Assembly (NCBI GenBank): GCA_945901615.1
Contig: CAMDLI010000002.1
Span: 7 to 64,006, forward strand
Origin: Spirosoma fluviale
GTDB lineage: Bacteria; Bacteroidota; Bacteroidia; Cytophagales; Cyclobacteriaceae
Length of the DNA: 64,000 bases
Direction: 5' to 3'
The notes below the pieces were generated by a model. That model made no database searches, had not been told where the DNA came from, and worked only from the letters and a program-made list of their open reading frames with translations. Positions 9,149-19,037 of this stretch are shown one piece after another. The translations under genes and the position numbers were made by a program. How positions within the stretch are numbered: position 1 is the stretch's first letter; every line of letters starts with the position of its first letter.

Positions 9149-10726
9149 TTACTTCGCGTATTTAGGTGCTAGTTCTGCAGCTGCAGTAGCAAGGATTTTA
9201 CCTGCACCATCGATATCACCTTTTAGGATCAATTGAATTGCTTCAGGATAAGAGGACTCCAACAAGAGGTAGAACTCCTTTTCAAAAGCTCTTGCTTTTT
9301 CAACAGGAACCAAATCCATCAGGCCTTTGGTAGATGCATAGATGATGGCAACTTGATTTGCTACTGAAACAGGCGCATACTGTGCTTGCTTCAATATCTC
9401 CTGGTTACGACGTCCACGCTCGATCGTTCTTTTGGTTGAAGCATCGAGGTCAGAACCAAACTTGGAGAAAGCTTCCAATTCACGGAATTGTGCTTGGTCC
9501 AATTTCAAGGTACCTGCCACTTTCTTCATGGACTTGATTTGAGCATTACCTCCTACACGTGATACCGAGATACCTACGTTGATCGCTGGACGAATACCAG
9601 AGTTAAACAAGTTGGTTTCCAAGAAGATCTGACCATCCGTAATCGAAATTACGTTGGTTGGGATATAAGCAGACACGTCACTTGCCTGAGTTTCGATGAT
9701 CGGCAATGCGGTCAAAGATCCTCCACCTTTTACCAAAGGACGGATGGAATCAGGAAGGTCATTCATCTGCTGCGCAATGGCATCAGACTGGTTGATTTTT
9801 GCAGCTCTTTCCAAAAGTCTGGAGTGCAAGTAGAATACGTCACCCGGATAGGCTTCACGTCCTGGAGGTCTTCTCAAGAGTAGGGAAACTTCACGGTAAG
9901 CTACCGCTTGCTTCGAAAGATCATCATAAACTACAAGTGCAGGGCGACCGGTATCTCTAAAGAATTCACCGATAGCAGCACCCGTAAATGGAGCAAAGAA
10001 CTGCATCGGAGCTGGCTCAGAAGCAGGAGCTGCAACTACCACTGTGTATGGAAGCGCTCCACCTTTTTCAAGGGCAGCAACTACACCCGCTACAGTAGAA
10101 GCTTTTTGTCCGATTGCTACATAGATACAGAATACGGGCTCACCTTTATCGTAGAATTCACGTTGGTTCAGGATGGCGTCAATTACAACAGCAGTTTTAC
10201 CTGTTTGACGGTCACCAATCACCAATTCACGCTGTCCACGTCCAATTGGAATCATCGCATCAATGGATTTGATACCAGTTTGAAGCGGCTCTGTTACCGG
10301 CTGACGGTAGATAACACCTGGTGCTTTACGCTCCAAAGGCATTTCATACAAGTTGCCAGTGATTGGCCCCTTGCCATCGATAGGATTACCTAGCGTGTTG
10401 ACCACTCGGCCCAGCATGCCTTCACCGGCCATGATGGAAGCAATCTTTTTAGTTCGCTTGACGGTATCTCCTTCTTTTACTCCTTTGGAGTCTCCAAAAA
10501 GTACAGCACCCACATTATCCTCTTCGAGGTTGAGCACCATGGCCTTCAGGCCATTTTCAAACTCCAACAATTCACCGGCCTGCGCCTTAGAAAGTCCATA
10601 GATACGGGCTACACCATCCCCTACTTGGAGGACTGTTCCCACTTCTTCTAGTTCGGCTTCGGTTCTGGCACCAGAGAGTTGTTCTCTCAAAATTGCTGAA
10701 ACTTCATCAGGTCTTACTTCTGCCAT
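9149..10726 (-). CDS. atpA: ATP synthase F1 alpha subunit
   Basis: GDRQTGKT Walker [36 protein letters not shown]. Confidence 0.98.
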   Translation of the reverse strand: MAEVRPDEVSAILREQLSGARTEAELEEVGTVLQVGDGVARIYGLSKAQAGELLEFENGLKAMVLNLEEDNVGAVLFGDSKGVKEGDTVKRTKKIASIMAGEGMLGRVVNTLGNPIDGKGPITGNLYEMPLERKAPGVIYRQPVTEPLQTGIKSIDAMIPIGRGQRELVIGDRQTGKTAVVIDAILNQREFYDKGEPVFCIYVAIGQKASTVAGVVAALEKGGALPYTVVVAAPASEPAPMQFFAPFTGAAIGEFFRDTGRPALVVYDDLSKQAVAYREVSLLLRRPPGREAYPGDVFYLHSRLLERAAKINQSDAIAQQMNDLPDSIRPLVKGGGSLTALPIIETQASDVSAYIPTNVISITDGQIFLETNLFNSGIRPAINVGISVSRVGGNAQIKSMKKVAGTLKLDQAQFRELEAFSKFGSDLDASTKRTIERGRRNQEILKQAQYAPVSVANQVAIIYASTKGLMDLVPVEKARAFEKEFYLLLESSYPEAIQLILKGDIDGAGKILATAAAELAPKYAK

Positions 10727-10750
10727 GATTGGATACGGTTGAGTATTTTG

Positions 10751-11311
10751 TTAAAACTGTTTTTCGTAATGATTCTGAGCAAACTGGATGCGTAGCGCAT
10801 TGAGTTTGCTGCTGATGGATTCATCAAGCTGTCGGTCATTGACCTTGAGCACAAATCCTCCAATCAGTGAGGGGTTAATCTTTTCTACAAGTTGTACTTC
10901 ATTCAACCCGCTGATCTGCTTCACCAAAGCCACCAACTGGTTGCGCTGCCCTTCTGTAAGTGCAGTCGTAGAGGTCACTTCTGCCACCTGAATGGAACGG
11001 TACAAGTTGTACTGTACCACAAACTCTTTGGCCACATCCAAGAGGATGTTTTCTCTATTTTTTCTAGAAATAATTTGAAAAAAAGAAAGCGTCAAGGGGT
11101 TAGCTCCTTTGGCAAAAAGTGCTTTTAGTACATTTAATTTTTTATCCGAGCCCAATACTGGGTTTGAAAGTGCAAGGCCTAGTTCACGAGTGCTTTTGCC
11201 CATTGCTGCCAAAGACTTGAAATCTTCAAAAACCCCTTCCAGCTGTCCTTTTTCAATGGACAAATCCAATATTGATTTGGCGTACCGGGAGGCAACTCGC
11301 TGGTTAGACAT
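10751..11311 (-). CDS. atpH: ATP synthase F1 delta subunit
   Basis: VASRYAKS, INPSLIGGFVLKV; operon position. Confidence 0.95.
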   Translation of the reverse strand: MSNQRVASRYAKSILDLSIEKGQLEGVFEDFKSLAAMGKSTRELGLALSNPVLGSDKKLNVLKALFAKGANPLTLSFFQIISRKNRENILLDVAKEFVVQYNLYRSIQVAEVTSTTALTEGQRNQLVALVKQISGLNEVQLVEKINPSLIGGFVLKVNDRQLDESISSKLNALRIQFAQNHYEKQF

Positions 11312-11317
11312 GCCGAA

Positions 11318-11812
11318 TTAGTTAAGCTTAAGGTCTTTAATAAACTGGTCTACAAGCTCTACCTGAGCTTTGTCGTCCCCTAATTTCTTGCGGAGCAACT
11401 TTTCAGTTACTTCCAAGGTCAATAATGCAACCTGATTTTTTACTTCTGTCAACGCCGCTTTCTTCTCTGTTTCAATCACCGCCTTGGCAGCTTCAATCAA
11501 CAAAGCACCCTGCTTGGATGACTCATTTTTAGCATCTTCAATCATTTTAAGTGAAGCTTCATGTGCTTTGCTCAAAATAACATCCCGCTCCAATCTAGCC
11601 TCCTGAAGTAGTTTTTCATTTTCTGCCTTCAAGTTGGACATCTCGTTTCTAGCTTGCTCAGCAGACTTCAATGCGCCATCAATGCTTGCCTCACGTTCAG
11701 CCAAAGAGGCCAAAATAGGTTTCCAAGCAAATTTGATTAGAATAAACAAAAGGGCTAAAAAGCCAATGAGTTGCCAGAAAATCAGGCCGGCACTAGGTAT
11801 GATTAGATCCAT
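11318..11812 (-). CDS. atpF: ATP synthase Fo b subunit
   Basis: GLIFWQ..FL.L..KFAWKPI TM followed by coiled coil. Confidence 0.95.
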   Translation of the reverse strand: MDLIIPSAGLIFWQLIGFLALLFILIKFAWKPILASLAEREASIDGALKSAEQARNEMSNLKAENEKLLQEARLERDVILSKAHEASLKMIEDAKNESSKQGALLIEAAKAVIETEKKAALTEVKNQVALLTLEVTEKLLRKKLGDDKAQVELVDQFIKDLKLN

Positions 11813-11840
11813 AGTAGGAAGGATTAATTTCGTTTTTGTT

Positions 11841-11872
11841 CAAAAGAAAGGGATTGGCCTAGCGCCAATCCC
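11841..11872 (-). terminator. Internal hairpin / partial terminator after atpE
   Basis: mRNA GGGAUUGGC-GCUAG-GCCAAUCCC followed by UUUCUUUUG. Confidence 0.65.
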
Positions 11873-11885
11873 AATTCATTTTGTC

Positions 11886-12149
11886 TTAGAAGAAGGCGAT
11901 GCCACCTGCGTTCAATGCAATAAGCAAACAAATTACTACTGCAAACAGGGCAACCACCTCAATCAAAGCTGCAATGATAAGCATGGCAGTTTGGATCTTG
12001 CCAGCAGCCTCAGGCTGACGAGCAATAGCCTCCATAGCCTGGCCACCAATACGACCCACACCAAGACCTGCGCCAATCGCAACAAGTCCAGCACCGATAC
12101 CAGCACCCATAAGTGCAAATCCAGCAGTCAATAAGATAGAAGTTAACAT
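11886..12149 (-). CDS. atpE: ATP synthase Fo c subunit (alternative start 12155)
   Basis: GAGLGVG glycine repeat, ARQPE loop, ion-binding Glu in LIEVVALF (no Na+-type ES/T). Confidence 0.96.
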   Translation of the reverse strand: MLTSILLTAGFALMGAGIGAGLVAIGAGLGVGRIGGQAMEAIARQPEAAGKIQTAMLIIAALIEVVALFAVVICLLIALNAGGIAFF

Positions 12150-12187
12150 AAACATTGGTTTTATAAATTGAAGAAAGAAATTACAAA

Positions 12188-13231
12188 TTAATGATGATCG
12201 TCGTGCTCGTGTTCTGCTACTGCACTACCAATGTACATCGCAGAAAAGAGGGTAAATACATAGGCTTGAATCGTGGCTACAAGTAATTCAATCACATTGA
12301 TAAAGGTAACCATGATTGTAGACAGCACACCAATCGAATAAGATTCGAAGATGAATACCAAGGCGATAAAGGAAAGGATTACAATGTGACCCGCTGTGAT
12401 CGCCACAAATAGTCGGACCATCAAGGCAAAAGGCTTGGTGAATAGACCGATAAATTCAACTAGAACCATGATCGGCAATAGCATTGCAGGTACGCCTGGA
12501 GTGGCAAATACGTGCTTCCAATAGTCCTTGTTTCCGTTGACATTGACAATCACAAAAGTGATCATCGCAAGAGTAAAGGTCACTGCAATGTTCCCGGTGA
12601 GGTTAGCTGCACCTGGGAGAAGTCCCAAAATATTTCCTGTCCAAATGAAGAAAAACAAAGTCAATAGGTAGGGAACGAATTTCTTGTACTTAGGTCCTAT
12701 AGATTTGTGAGCGATTTCATCGCGAACAAAAATGACAATAGGCTCTACAAATGAGGCGGCACCTTTAGGAGCAACAGCACCATTTTTCTTGTAATGTTTA
12801 GCAGCAGAAAGCGTAATGTAAAGCACAAAAGCAATCACTATCAGTAGCATCACTACGTTCTTGGTAATCGAAAAATCAAGGATGGATCCCCCGTCTACTC
12901 TTCCCAAATGATCGTGGTCATCGATGAAGATTCCGTTATGGGCATATTCCTTACCAAATTTGTGTGTCTCGTGATTTTGAAAATCGCTGGATTTGTAAAA
13001 TTCAAGTCCTCTATCAGACGAATAGGTAATCACGGGTAGTGCCAAAGTAACGTGGGTATGGCCTATCGTAACAAAATGCCACTCGTGGGAATCCTTGATG
13101 TGGTGCATGATGAACCCAGTCGGGTCTTCTTTGCCTTCTTCAGTTTCCGAAGCAGCAGCAAAAGCACCTGCAGAGAAACTCAGTAAAACCACTGAAAATA
13201 AAAGACTTAGTACCAGAAATTTGCGCCTCAT
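12188..13231 (-). CDS. atpB: ATP synthase Fo a subunit with signal-peptide-like N-terminal extension
   Basis: KPFALMVRLF..ITAGH, IQAYVFTLFS; start at MRRKFLV (13231). Confidence 0.95.
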   Translation of the reverse strand: MRRKFLVLSLLFSVVLLSFSAGAFAAASETEEGKEDPTGFIMHHIKDSHEWHFVTIGHTHVTLALPVITYSSDRGLEFYKSSDFQNHETHKFGKEYAHNGIFIDDHDHLGRVDGGSILDFSITKNVVMLLIVIAFVLYITLSAAKHYKKNGAVAPKGAASFVEPIVIFVRDEIAHKSIGPKYKKFVPYLLTLFFFIWTGNILGLLPGAANLTGNIAVTFTLAMITFVIVNVNGNKDYWKHVFATPGVPAMLLPIMVLVEFIGLFTKPFALMVRLFVAITAGHIVILSFIALVFIFESYSIGVLSTIMVTFINVIELLVATIQAYVFTLFSAMYIGSAVAEHEHDDHH

Positions 13232-13250
13232 TAACTCGTTTTTTGGAAGT

Positions 13251-13634
13251 CTACTTCGAAATCGGGCGCAAGTTAGAAATAAAGATGTAGATATCAAAAA
13301 TCATGTAGAACAAAAAAATGATAAAGAAATTGGCGATAAACAAAATAATATTCTCCAAACCAAGCACTACAAGGATGCCAATAAAGCCCAAAGAACTCAA
13401 GATTCTGATGATCATTCCGAGTAATTTCAAAGAGAGCAAATTTTCTGGAGATTTCAGGTAAAGCCATCGGGTAACGATACTCAGGAGGTACGCAAGTCCT
13501 GCCACAAATCCAAAGATGCTCCAGATGCTTTCATGAATGATTTGAGGCAGAAAAAAGTTAAACAGGAGAATCAACCCTGCCACTACCATCGTAATGATCC
13601 CATAACTAAAATGAATCGAAGCCGAAAATTTCAT
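13251..13634 (-). CDS. Four-TM membrane protein, probable AtpI-like
   Basis: Four hydrophobic segments; immediately upstream of atpB. Confidence 0.6.
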   Translation of the reverse strand: MKFSASIHFSYGIITMVVAGLILLFNFFLPQIIHESIWSIFGFVAGLAYLLSIVTRWLYLKSPENLLSLKLLGMIIRILSSLGFIGILVVLGLENIILFIANFFIIFLFYMIFDIYIFISNLRPISK

Positions 13635-13643
13635 ACTTGCCTA

Positions 13644-13664
13644 CAAATTTAAGACTCAAAATTA
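13644..13664 (-). promoter_or_regulatory. Two -7 elements (TAATTTTG 13657-13664, TAAATTTG 13644-13651), internal atp promoter(s)
   Basis: Two exact TAnnTTTG matches in the 50-nt gap upstream of the AtpI-like gene. Confidence 0.55.
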
Positions 13665-13684
13665 CGTGGTTTTTGACGAATTGC

Positions 13685-13918
13685 CTACTTGTCTTGTTGC
13701 ATCGACTTCCACAAGGAATAAAATGCGATTGCGACAGCAGTGAAGGAACAAAGCAGAAGCCAAACAGGAAATTTCATACCCGACTGCTGCTGTATCCACC
13801 AGCCAAGTGCAGTGCCTCCCCCAATGATCGCAAAGAGCTGGAAGGACAAGCCCATATAGTTGACCCAAGTGGGTCCCTGTGGTTTCTTCGAATTGGGATT
13901 GGACTGATTTGACGTCAT
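13685..13918 (-). CDS. AtpZ/AtpI family protein (ATPase gene 1)
   Basis: Y.GLSFQL.AII....LGWWI pattern, two TM helices, first gene of atp cluster. Confidence 0.8.
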   Translation of the reverse strand: MTSNQSNPNSKKPQGPTWVNYMGLSFQLFAIIGGGTALGWWIQQQSGMKFPVWLLLCSFTAVAIAFYSLWKSMQQDK

Positions 13919-13922
13919 TTTT

Positions 13923-13930
13923 CAAAGTTA
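13923..13930 (-). promoter_or_regulatory. -7 element TAACTTTG for atp operon
   Basis: Exact TAnnTTTG ending 4 nt before ATG 13918. Confidence 0.6.
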
Positions 13931-14041
13931 ATGGATTCCATCTGCAAGAATTCATCGGCTCTTCAGAATAATACCTTTACCCCTTCGTTCTGTATTGCGG
14001 TAAAAGCCCTAATTTGGTCCTTTGATTCGTAGCAGCTCAAC

Positions 14042-16669
14042 ATGCGCAAACAAGTACGGTATACTTTTGGATTGGTGTTAGTATTCTTGGGAGCCTGCTC
14101 TTCCCAACGGGACACCTTTACCAACCGTGCTTTCCACAACCTTACCTCCCACTACAACGCCTATTTTCTGGCAGATACCAAAATCAAAGCTGCAGAAGTT
14201 GAGGTAATCGAAAATTACAAGGAGGACTACACCCAAATCCTCCCCGTATTTATTCCCATTGATTCCGCTACCATCCAAAAAAACAAAGTCGCCCTAGATT
14301 CTGCTAGGGAGCTCTCCTCCAAGGCCATCGACTGGCACCGGATATCCAAGTGGGTGGACGACAGCTACTACTTAATTGGAAAGATTGACTACCTCCAAGC
14401 ACGTGTCGATGATGCCAAAAACACCTTCCGCTATGTCAACAGCCAAAGCAAAGACAAAGACCTGCGACACAAAGCGCTAATCAGCTTACTTCACCTCTAC
14501 ATCGACCAAAATGCAATAGAGGAAGCCAACTTTACCATCGATTACCTGTCCAAAGAAACTGAAATCAACAGCGACAATACATTCGACTTGTACAAAACCC
14601 TCGCCTATTATTATGAAAAAAGGGGAGATCCGAATGGAGTAATCGGCGCCTTAGACCGAGCTTTAAACTATACTTCAGATAAAAAAGAGCGTTCCAGACT
14701 CTACTTTATCCTGGGGCAACGGTACCAGCGCGAAGGCTTGGATGCACTTGCATTTGATTTTTTCCAGAAATCCTTGGAAGGAAATCCAGCCTACGAACGC
14801 TCCTTTTTCGCCACCCTTTTTGCACAGCAAGTGGCCGAACTGAATGCCACCAAAGACCTCAAAAAGGTTCGGAACTATTACGAAGACCTATACAAGGACC
14901 CAAAAAACAAAGACCTCAAAGATGTCGTAATCTTCGAAAGAGCCTTGTTTGAAGAAAAACAAAACAACATTCCCTTAACCCTTGAACTGTTGCATCAAGC
15001 GGCAAAAGAAGCCGGTTCTATTCCCCGAGTGAAGGGATACATCTACCAAAAGCTAGCAGAGATCAAGCTCGATCAATTTAAAGACTACCGATCCACCAAA
15101 TACTACCTAGACAGTGCACTGAAGTTCATCCAAGCCGAAGATCCTGTGGCCATACAGCTCAAGGAAAAAAAGACGAGTTTGGACACCTATGTCTTCCATT
15201 TCGAGCGGATTGAAAAAAATGACAGCTTGATCCAGCTGGCATCCATGCCTGCCGAGGAGCAAGCCCAACGAGCCCAAGAATTTATTGCCAGTGAAAAACA
15301 GCGCTTAGCAGATTTGAAAAAAGAGGATAAGCCAACTAAGTCCTCCTCAATTTTCGACAATCTATTGGCCTTTGGAGATACAGGAAACGAATCTACCTTC
15401 TACTTTGGGAATGGTACCGCATTACAACAAGGAGCTATTGATTTCGTGCGTACCTGGGGCAATCGCCCCCTAGAAGATAATTGGAGACGAAAAGCTGCCC
15501 TTTTCCAAACCAATACGGAAGCTGCTTCACCGCTCTCATCTGACGAAACCTTGTCAGAGACAGATGCTGGTCAAGATTCCACAGGCCTCCCCTCCCTAGA
15601 ATCCTTGCTTGCTTCAATCCCTAAGAGCCCTGAGCAACTGGACCTGGCAAATAATGAATTGGAGGAATCGTACTTTGAATTGGGTAAGGTGCTGTTTTTT
15701 CAACTAAAGGAACCCAAACGAAGTGGGGAATACCTCTCAAAGCTTATTGAAACGTACCCCAAGAGCGTAAAAAAACCAGAAGCCTACTACCTGCTCTTTT
15801 TGGGACAAAAAGAGTTGAAGGGCAGTACGGACACCTATGTCCAACTTCTGAATATTGAATTTCCCGAATCCCCTTACACCTTCTCGGTAAACAATCCGGA
15901 GGCTGGAGCGGGAAATATGGGGTCTTTGGAATCTGCCAAAGGGTATGAACTGGCCTACGATGCCTACTATTCTGGAAATTATTCCCAATCGAGAGAGCTG
16001 ATCTTTACCACGCTGGAAAAATATCCCTTGACCCGAAACACGGAAAAACTCCTACTGCTCAATGCCATGGTCACGGGCAAGCAAGAAAGTAAGGAACAAT
16101 TCAAATCCAAACTTGAAGAGTTTATCCAAAATGCAAAGGAGCAAGAGTTGATCACCTTGGCCAAGGCCATGCTTCAGCCACTCCTGAGCTCCGAAGAACT
16201 TGCCTCCAAAACAAGTTCTGCAGCAGCAGTACAAGAAAGTCAGGCAGCAGTAAGTGAAGAACCCAAAGAAAAAGTTTCAGAATCACTAGTAAAGGAAAGC
16301 CCTTACAAGGCAACTGATGACCAAACCCATATATTTGTAATGGCCTTGACACCAGCAGATGTAGAAACGGCCAAGAATTTGCTTGGAGACCTAGAGACAT
16401 TCCATACCCAGTCCTTCGGAAATGCTAGGTTGCGAACAGGAAATATGAATTTGAGTGCAGACCTTTCCATTTACATCATCAGCCCTTTCTCTGATGCAGA
16501 GAAGGCCATGAGCTATTTGAAAACCTTTCAGGAAAAATTCACTTCGAGTGGACTGAGGGATGAAGTAAAAACTAAGTCCTTCTTTATTTCAATAGAAAAC
16601 TTCCAAGTTTTAAATAAAAACAAAGACCTGGAAGAATACCTCCAATTCTTTACCGCTACCTACCGATAA
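14042..16669 (+). CDS. sprE: T9SS/gliding TPR lipoprotein SprE/PorW
   Basis: Lipobox LGAC, FHNLTSHYNAYF, SKWVDDSY, FYF.N....G..DF...WGNRPLEDNWR motif, TPR-like helices. Confidence 0.8.
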   Translation: MRKQVRYTFGLVLVFLGACSSQRDTFTNRAFHNLTSHYNAYFLADTKIKAAEVEVIENYKEDYTQILPVFIPIDSATIQKNKVALDSARELSSKAIDWHRISKWVDDSYYLIGKIDYLQARVDDAKNTFRYVNSQSKDKDLRHKALISLLHLYIDQNAIEEANFTIDYLSKETEINSDNTFDLYKTLAYYYEKRGDPNGVIGALDRALNYTSDKKERSRLYFILGQRYQREGLDALAFDFFQKSLEGNPAYERSFFATLFAQQVAELNATKDLKKVRNYYEDLYKDPKNKDLKDVVIFERALFEEKQNNIPLTLELLHQAAKEAGSIPRVKGYIYQKLAEIKLDQFKDYRSTKYYLDSALKFIQAEDPVAIQLKEKKTSLDTYVFHFERIEKNDSLIQLASMPAEEQAQRAQEFIASEKQRLADLKKEDKPTKSSSIFDNLLAFGDTGNESTFYFGNGTALQQGAIDFVRTWGNRPLEDNWRRKAALFQTNTEAASPLSSDETLSETDAGQDSTGLPSLESLLASIPKSPEQLDLANNELEESYFELGKVLFFQLKEPKRSGEYLSKLIETYPKSVKKPEAYYLLFLGQKELKGSTDTYVQLLNIEFPESPYTFSVNNPEAGAGNMGSLESAKGYELAYDAYYSGNYSQSRELIFTTLEKYPLTRNTEKLLLLNAMVTGKQESKEQFKSKLEEFIQNAKEQELITLAKAMLQPLLSSEELASKTSSAAAVQESQAAVSEEPKEKVSESLVKESPYKATDDQTHIFVMALTPADVETAKNLLGDLETFHTQSFGNARLRTGNMNLSADLSIYIISPFSDAEKAMSYLKTFQEKFTSSGLRDEVKTKSFFISIENFQVLNKNKDLEEYLQFFTATYR

Positions 16670-16672
16670 GTT

Positions 16673-18976
16673 ATGTTTAAACCTGGTCCATTTACCCAAG
16701 AAAATTGGGCATCGAAAACAATAAATTACTTGTGGAAAGCCTTTTTAGCAGGCTTGGTCTTTTTTGTGCTTTTTGTTTGGATGGTGAGCATCAACTTTCT
16801 TGGACTTTTTGGAAGCCTACCTGATTTCAAGGCCTTAGAAAACCCAGATAGTGAATTAGCCTCTGGACTATATTCCTCAGACGGAGTACTTCTAGGCACC
16901 TTTGCTCGTGAGAATCGAAGCCCGGTGACCTATGAGGAACTAACTCCCAATTTGGTAAAAGCATTGATTGCCACTGAGGACGAGCGCTTTGAAGACCATT
17001 CTGGAATTGACTTACAAGCCATGCTTCGCGTCTTTGTAAAATCAATCTTGCTGGGTCAGGATTCAGGTGGAGGATCTACGCTGAGCCAACAAACTGCGAA
17101 AAACCTATTCAAAACTAGAACAGATGCTAGCTCTGGATTTTTAAGCAAAGTTCCAGGCTTGCGGATGCTGATCGTCAAAACAAAAGAGTGGATCGTAGCC
17201 ACACAGCTGGAGCGTGCTTATACCAAAAACGAGATTCTTACCCTCTACTTGGATACTTCTACCTACGGATCCAATGCTTTTGGAATCAAAACTGCTGCAA
17301 AAACCTTTTTTAATAAACTGCCTAAGGACTTAACCATTCAAGAATCTGCTGTTTTGGTGGGCTTATTCAAAGCCCCCTCCTATTACAGCCCTGTTTTCAA
17401 CCCTGAAAATTCCCTTAGAAGACGGAATACCGTGCTCTCCCAAATGGTGAAGAACGATTTCCTGACCGAAACCGAATACGATTCCATTTCACAGTTGCCC
17501 ATTGTTCTGGACTACCAAGTTCAAAACCAAAATCAAGGACTCGCAACTTATTTCAGAGAGATCGTAAAAGCAGACCTAACCAAGTGGTCGAAAGAAAATT
17601 TGAAGTCGGATGGAAGTGCTTATGACCTATTTGGAGATGGACTGAAGATTTACGTGACGCTCGATAGTCGCATGCAGCGCTATGCTGAAGAATCCATGGG
17701 AGAACACATGAAAGAACTCCAAAAAGCATTTTTCAAAGAAATGGGAAACAGAGAGCCTTGGATCGATGAAAGTTTTAAGGTCATTCCAAATTTTATTGAA
17801 ACTGCGGTAACACGAACGGAGGCATACCGGCTGTTGAAGAAACGGTATGGAGATAATAATGACTCAATCGAGCTAAAGCTGAACGAAAAGAAGAAAATGA
17901 GGATTTTCTCTTGGGAAGGGGAGCGGGATACGCTAATGAGCACGATGGATTCCATGAAGTATTACAAAAAATTCCTGCAAACAGGCATGATGACCATGGA
18001 CCCTGCCACGGGTCATATCAAAGCTTGGGTGGGAGGCATTGATCACAAGTACTTTAAATTTGACCATGTGAAGCAAGGAAAAAGGCAGCCTGGATCCACA
18101 TTCAAACCCTTCGTCTATGCGGCAGCAATAGAAAATGGATACAGCCCTTGCTATGCTGTAGTCGATCAACCCGTGGAAGTATACATTCCTGGTCAACCCG
18201 CCTGGAGCCCTTCAAATTCAGATGGCAAATTCTCCTACGAGCGGATGACTATCCGAAAAGCCATGGCTCAGTCCATCAACTCGGTGACCGCCTACATGAT
18301 GAAAAAATTGAGCCCCTTGATAGTCATTGAAACAGCAAGACGCTTGGGCATTACCTCTGACCTGGAAGAAGTTCCTTCTTTAGCACTTGGCGTAAATGAT
18401 GTGAACATATTCGAAATGGTAGGCGCTTTTGGCACTTTCGTCAATAAAGGCGAACACATCACCCCCTATTACATCGATCGGATTGAAGACAAGAATGGAA
18501 ATTTAATCCATCAATTTACCCCAAAGAAAAAGCCGGCCATGAGTGAAGAGCATGCTTACTTGATGACCTACATGCTCAGAGGGGGATTTGAAGAAGAGTC
18601 AGGCACGAGCCAAGGTGTAGCAAGCGCCATTCGCGTAGGCAATGAACTCGGAGGCAAAACAGGTACCACTCAAAATGGTTCCGATGGATGGTATATGGGA
18701 ATCAGCAAAGACCTCGTATCCGGCATTTGGGTAGGTGGAGATGATCGAGCCATCCACTTCCGAAGCTGGTCAGCTGGACAAGGCGCCAAAACTGCTCGTC
18801 CAATCTGGGCGAAGTTCATGGCAAAAGTATACGATGATAAAAGTTTAGGTTACACCAAAGGTGCTTTTCCAAGGCCGGAACGACCGTTAAGTATCGAAAT
18901 TGATTGTGATAAATACGAGTTTGACAGTCAGCAGAATGCTGGCTTTGACTACGATGCCAAGAAAAATGATTTCTAA
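16673..18976 (+). CDS. Class A penicillin-binding protein (PBP1a)
   Basis: GT51 motifs EDERF..HSGID and GGSTLSQQTAKN; transpeptidase STFK, SIN, KTG. Confidence 0.93.
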   Translation: MFKPGPFTQENWASKTINYLWKAFLAGLVFFVLFVWMVSINFLGLFGSLPDFKALENPDSELASGLYSSDGVLLGTFARENRSPVTYEELTPNLVKALIATEDERFEDHSGIDLQAMLRVFVKSILLGQDSGGGSTLSQQTAKNLFKTRTDASSGFLSKVPGLRMLIVKTKEWIVATQLERAYTKNEILTLYLDTSTYGSNAFGIKTAAKTFFNKLPKDLTIQESAVLVGLFKAPSYYSPVFNPENSLRRRNTVLSQMVKNDFLTETEYDSISQLPIVLDYQVQNQNQGLATYFREIVKADLTKWSKENLKSDGSAYDLFGDGLKIYVTLDSRMQRYAEESMGEHMKELQKAFFKEMGNREPWIDESFKVIPNFIETAVTRTEAYRLLKKRYGDNNDSIELKLNEKKKMRIFSWEGERDTLMSTMDSMKYYKKFLQTGMMTMDPATGHIKAWVGGIDHKYFKFDHVKQGKRQPGSTFKPFVYAAAIENGYSPCYAVVDQPVEVYIPGQPAWSPSNSDGKFSYERMTIRKAMAQSINSVTAYMMKKLSPLIVIETARRLGITSDLEEVPSLALGVNDVNIFEMVGAFGTFVNKGEHITPYYIDRIEDKNGNLIHQFTPKKKPAMSEEHAYLMTYMLRGGFEEESGTSQGVASAIRVGNELGGKTGTTQNGSDGWYMGISKDLVSGIWVGGDDRAIHFRSWSAGQGAKTARPIWAKFMAKVYDDKSLGYTKGAFPRPERPLSIEIDCDKYEFDSQQNAGFDYDAKKNDF

Positions 18977-18994
18977 ACTTGGATCAACTCACCT

Positions 18995-19026
18995 AAAAAC
19001 AGCCTACTTGTTGGGCTGTTTTTTTT
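18995..19026 (+). terminator. Intrinsic terminator after PBP1a
   Basis: AAAAACAGCCT...GGGCTGTTTTTTTT. Confidence 0.8.
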
Positions 19027-19037
19027 AATTTCATCCC

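Noticed and set aside
9908-13424. Long antisense ORFs over atp genes (e.g. 9908-10393, 11634-12134, 13095-13424)
   Set aside because: Shadow frames of conserved genes with no recognisable motifs.
8215-13918. atpD and atpC missing from the atp operon
   Set aside because: A split atp operon is well known in Flavobacteriia/Cytophagia; not evidence of loss or novelty.
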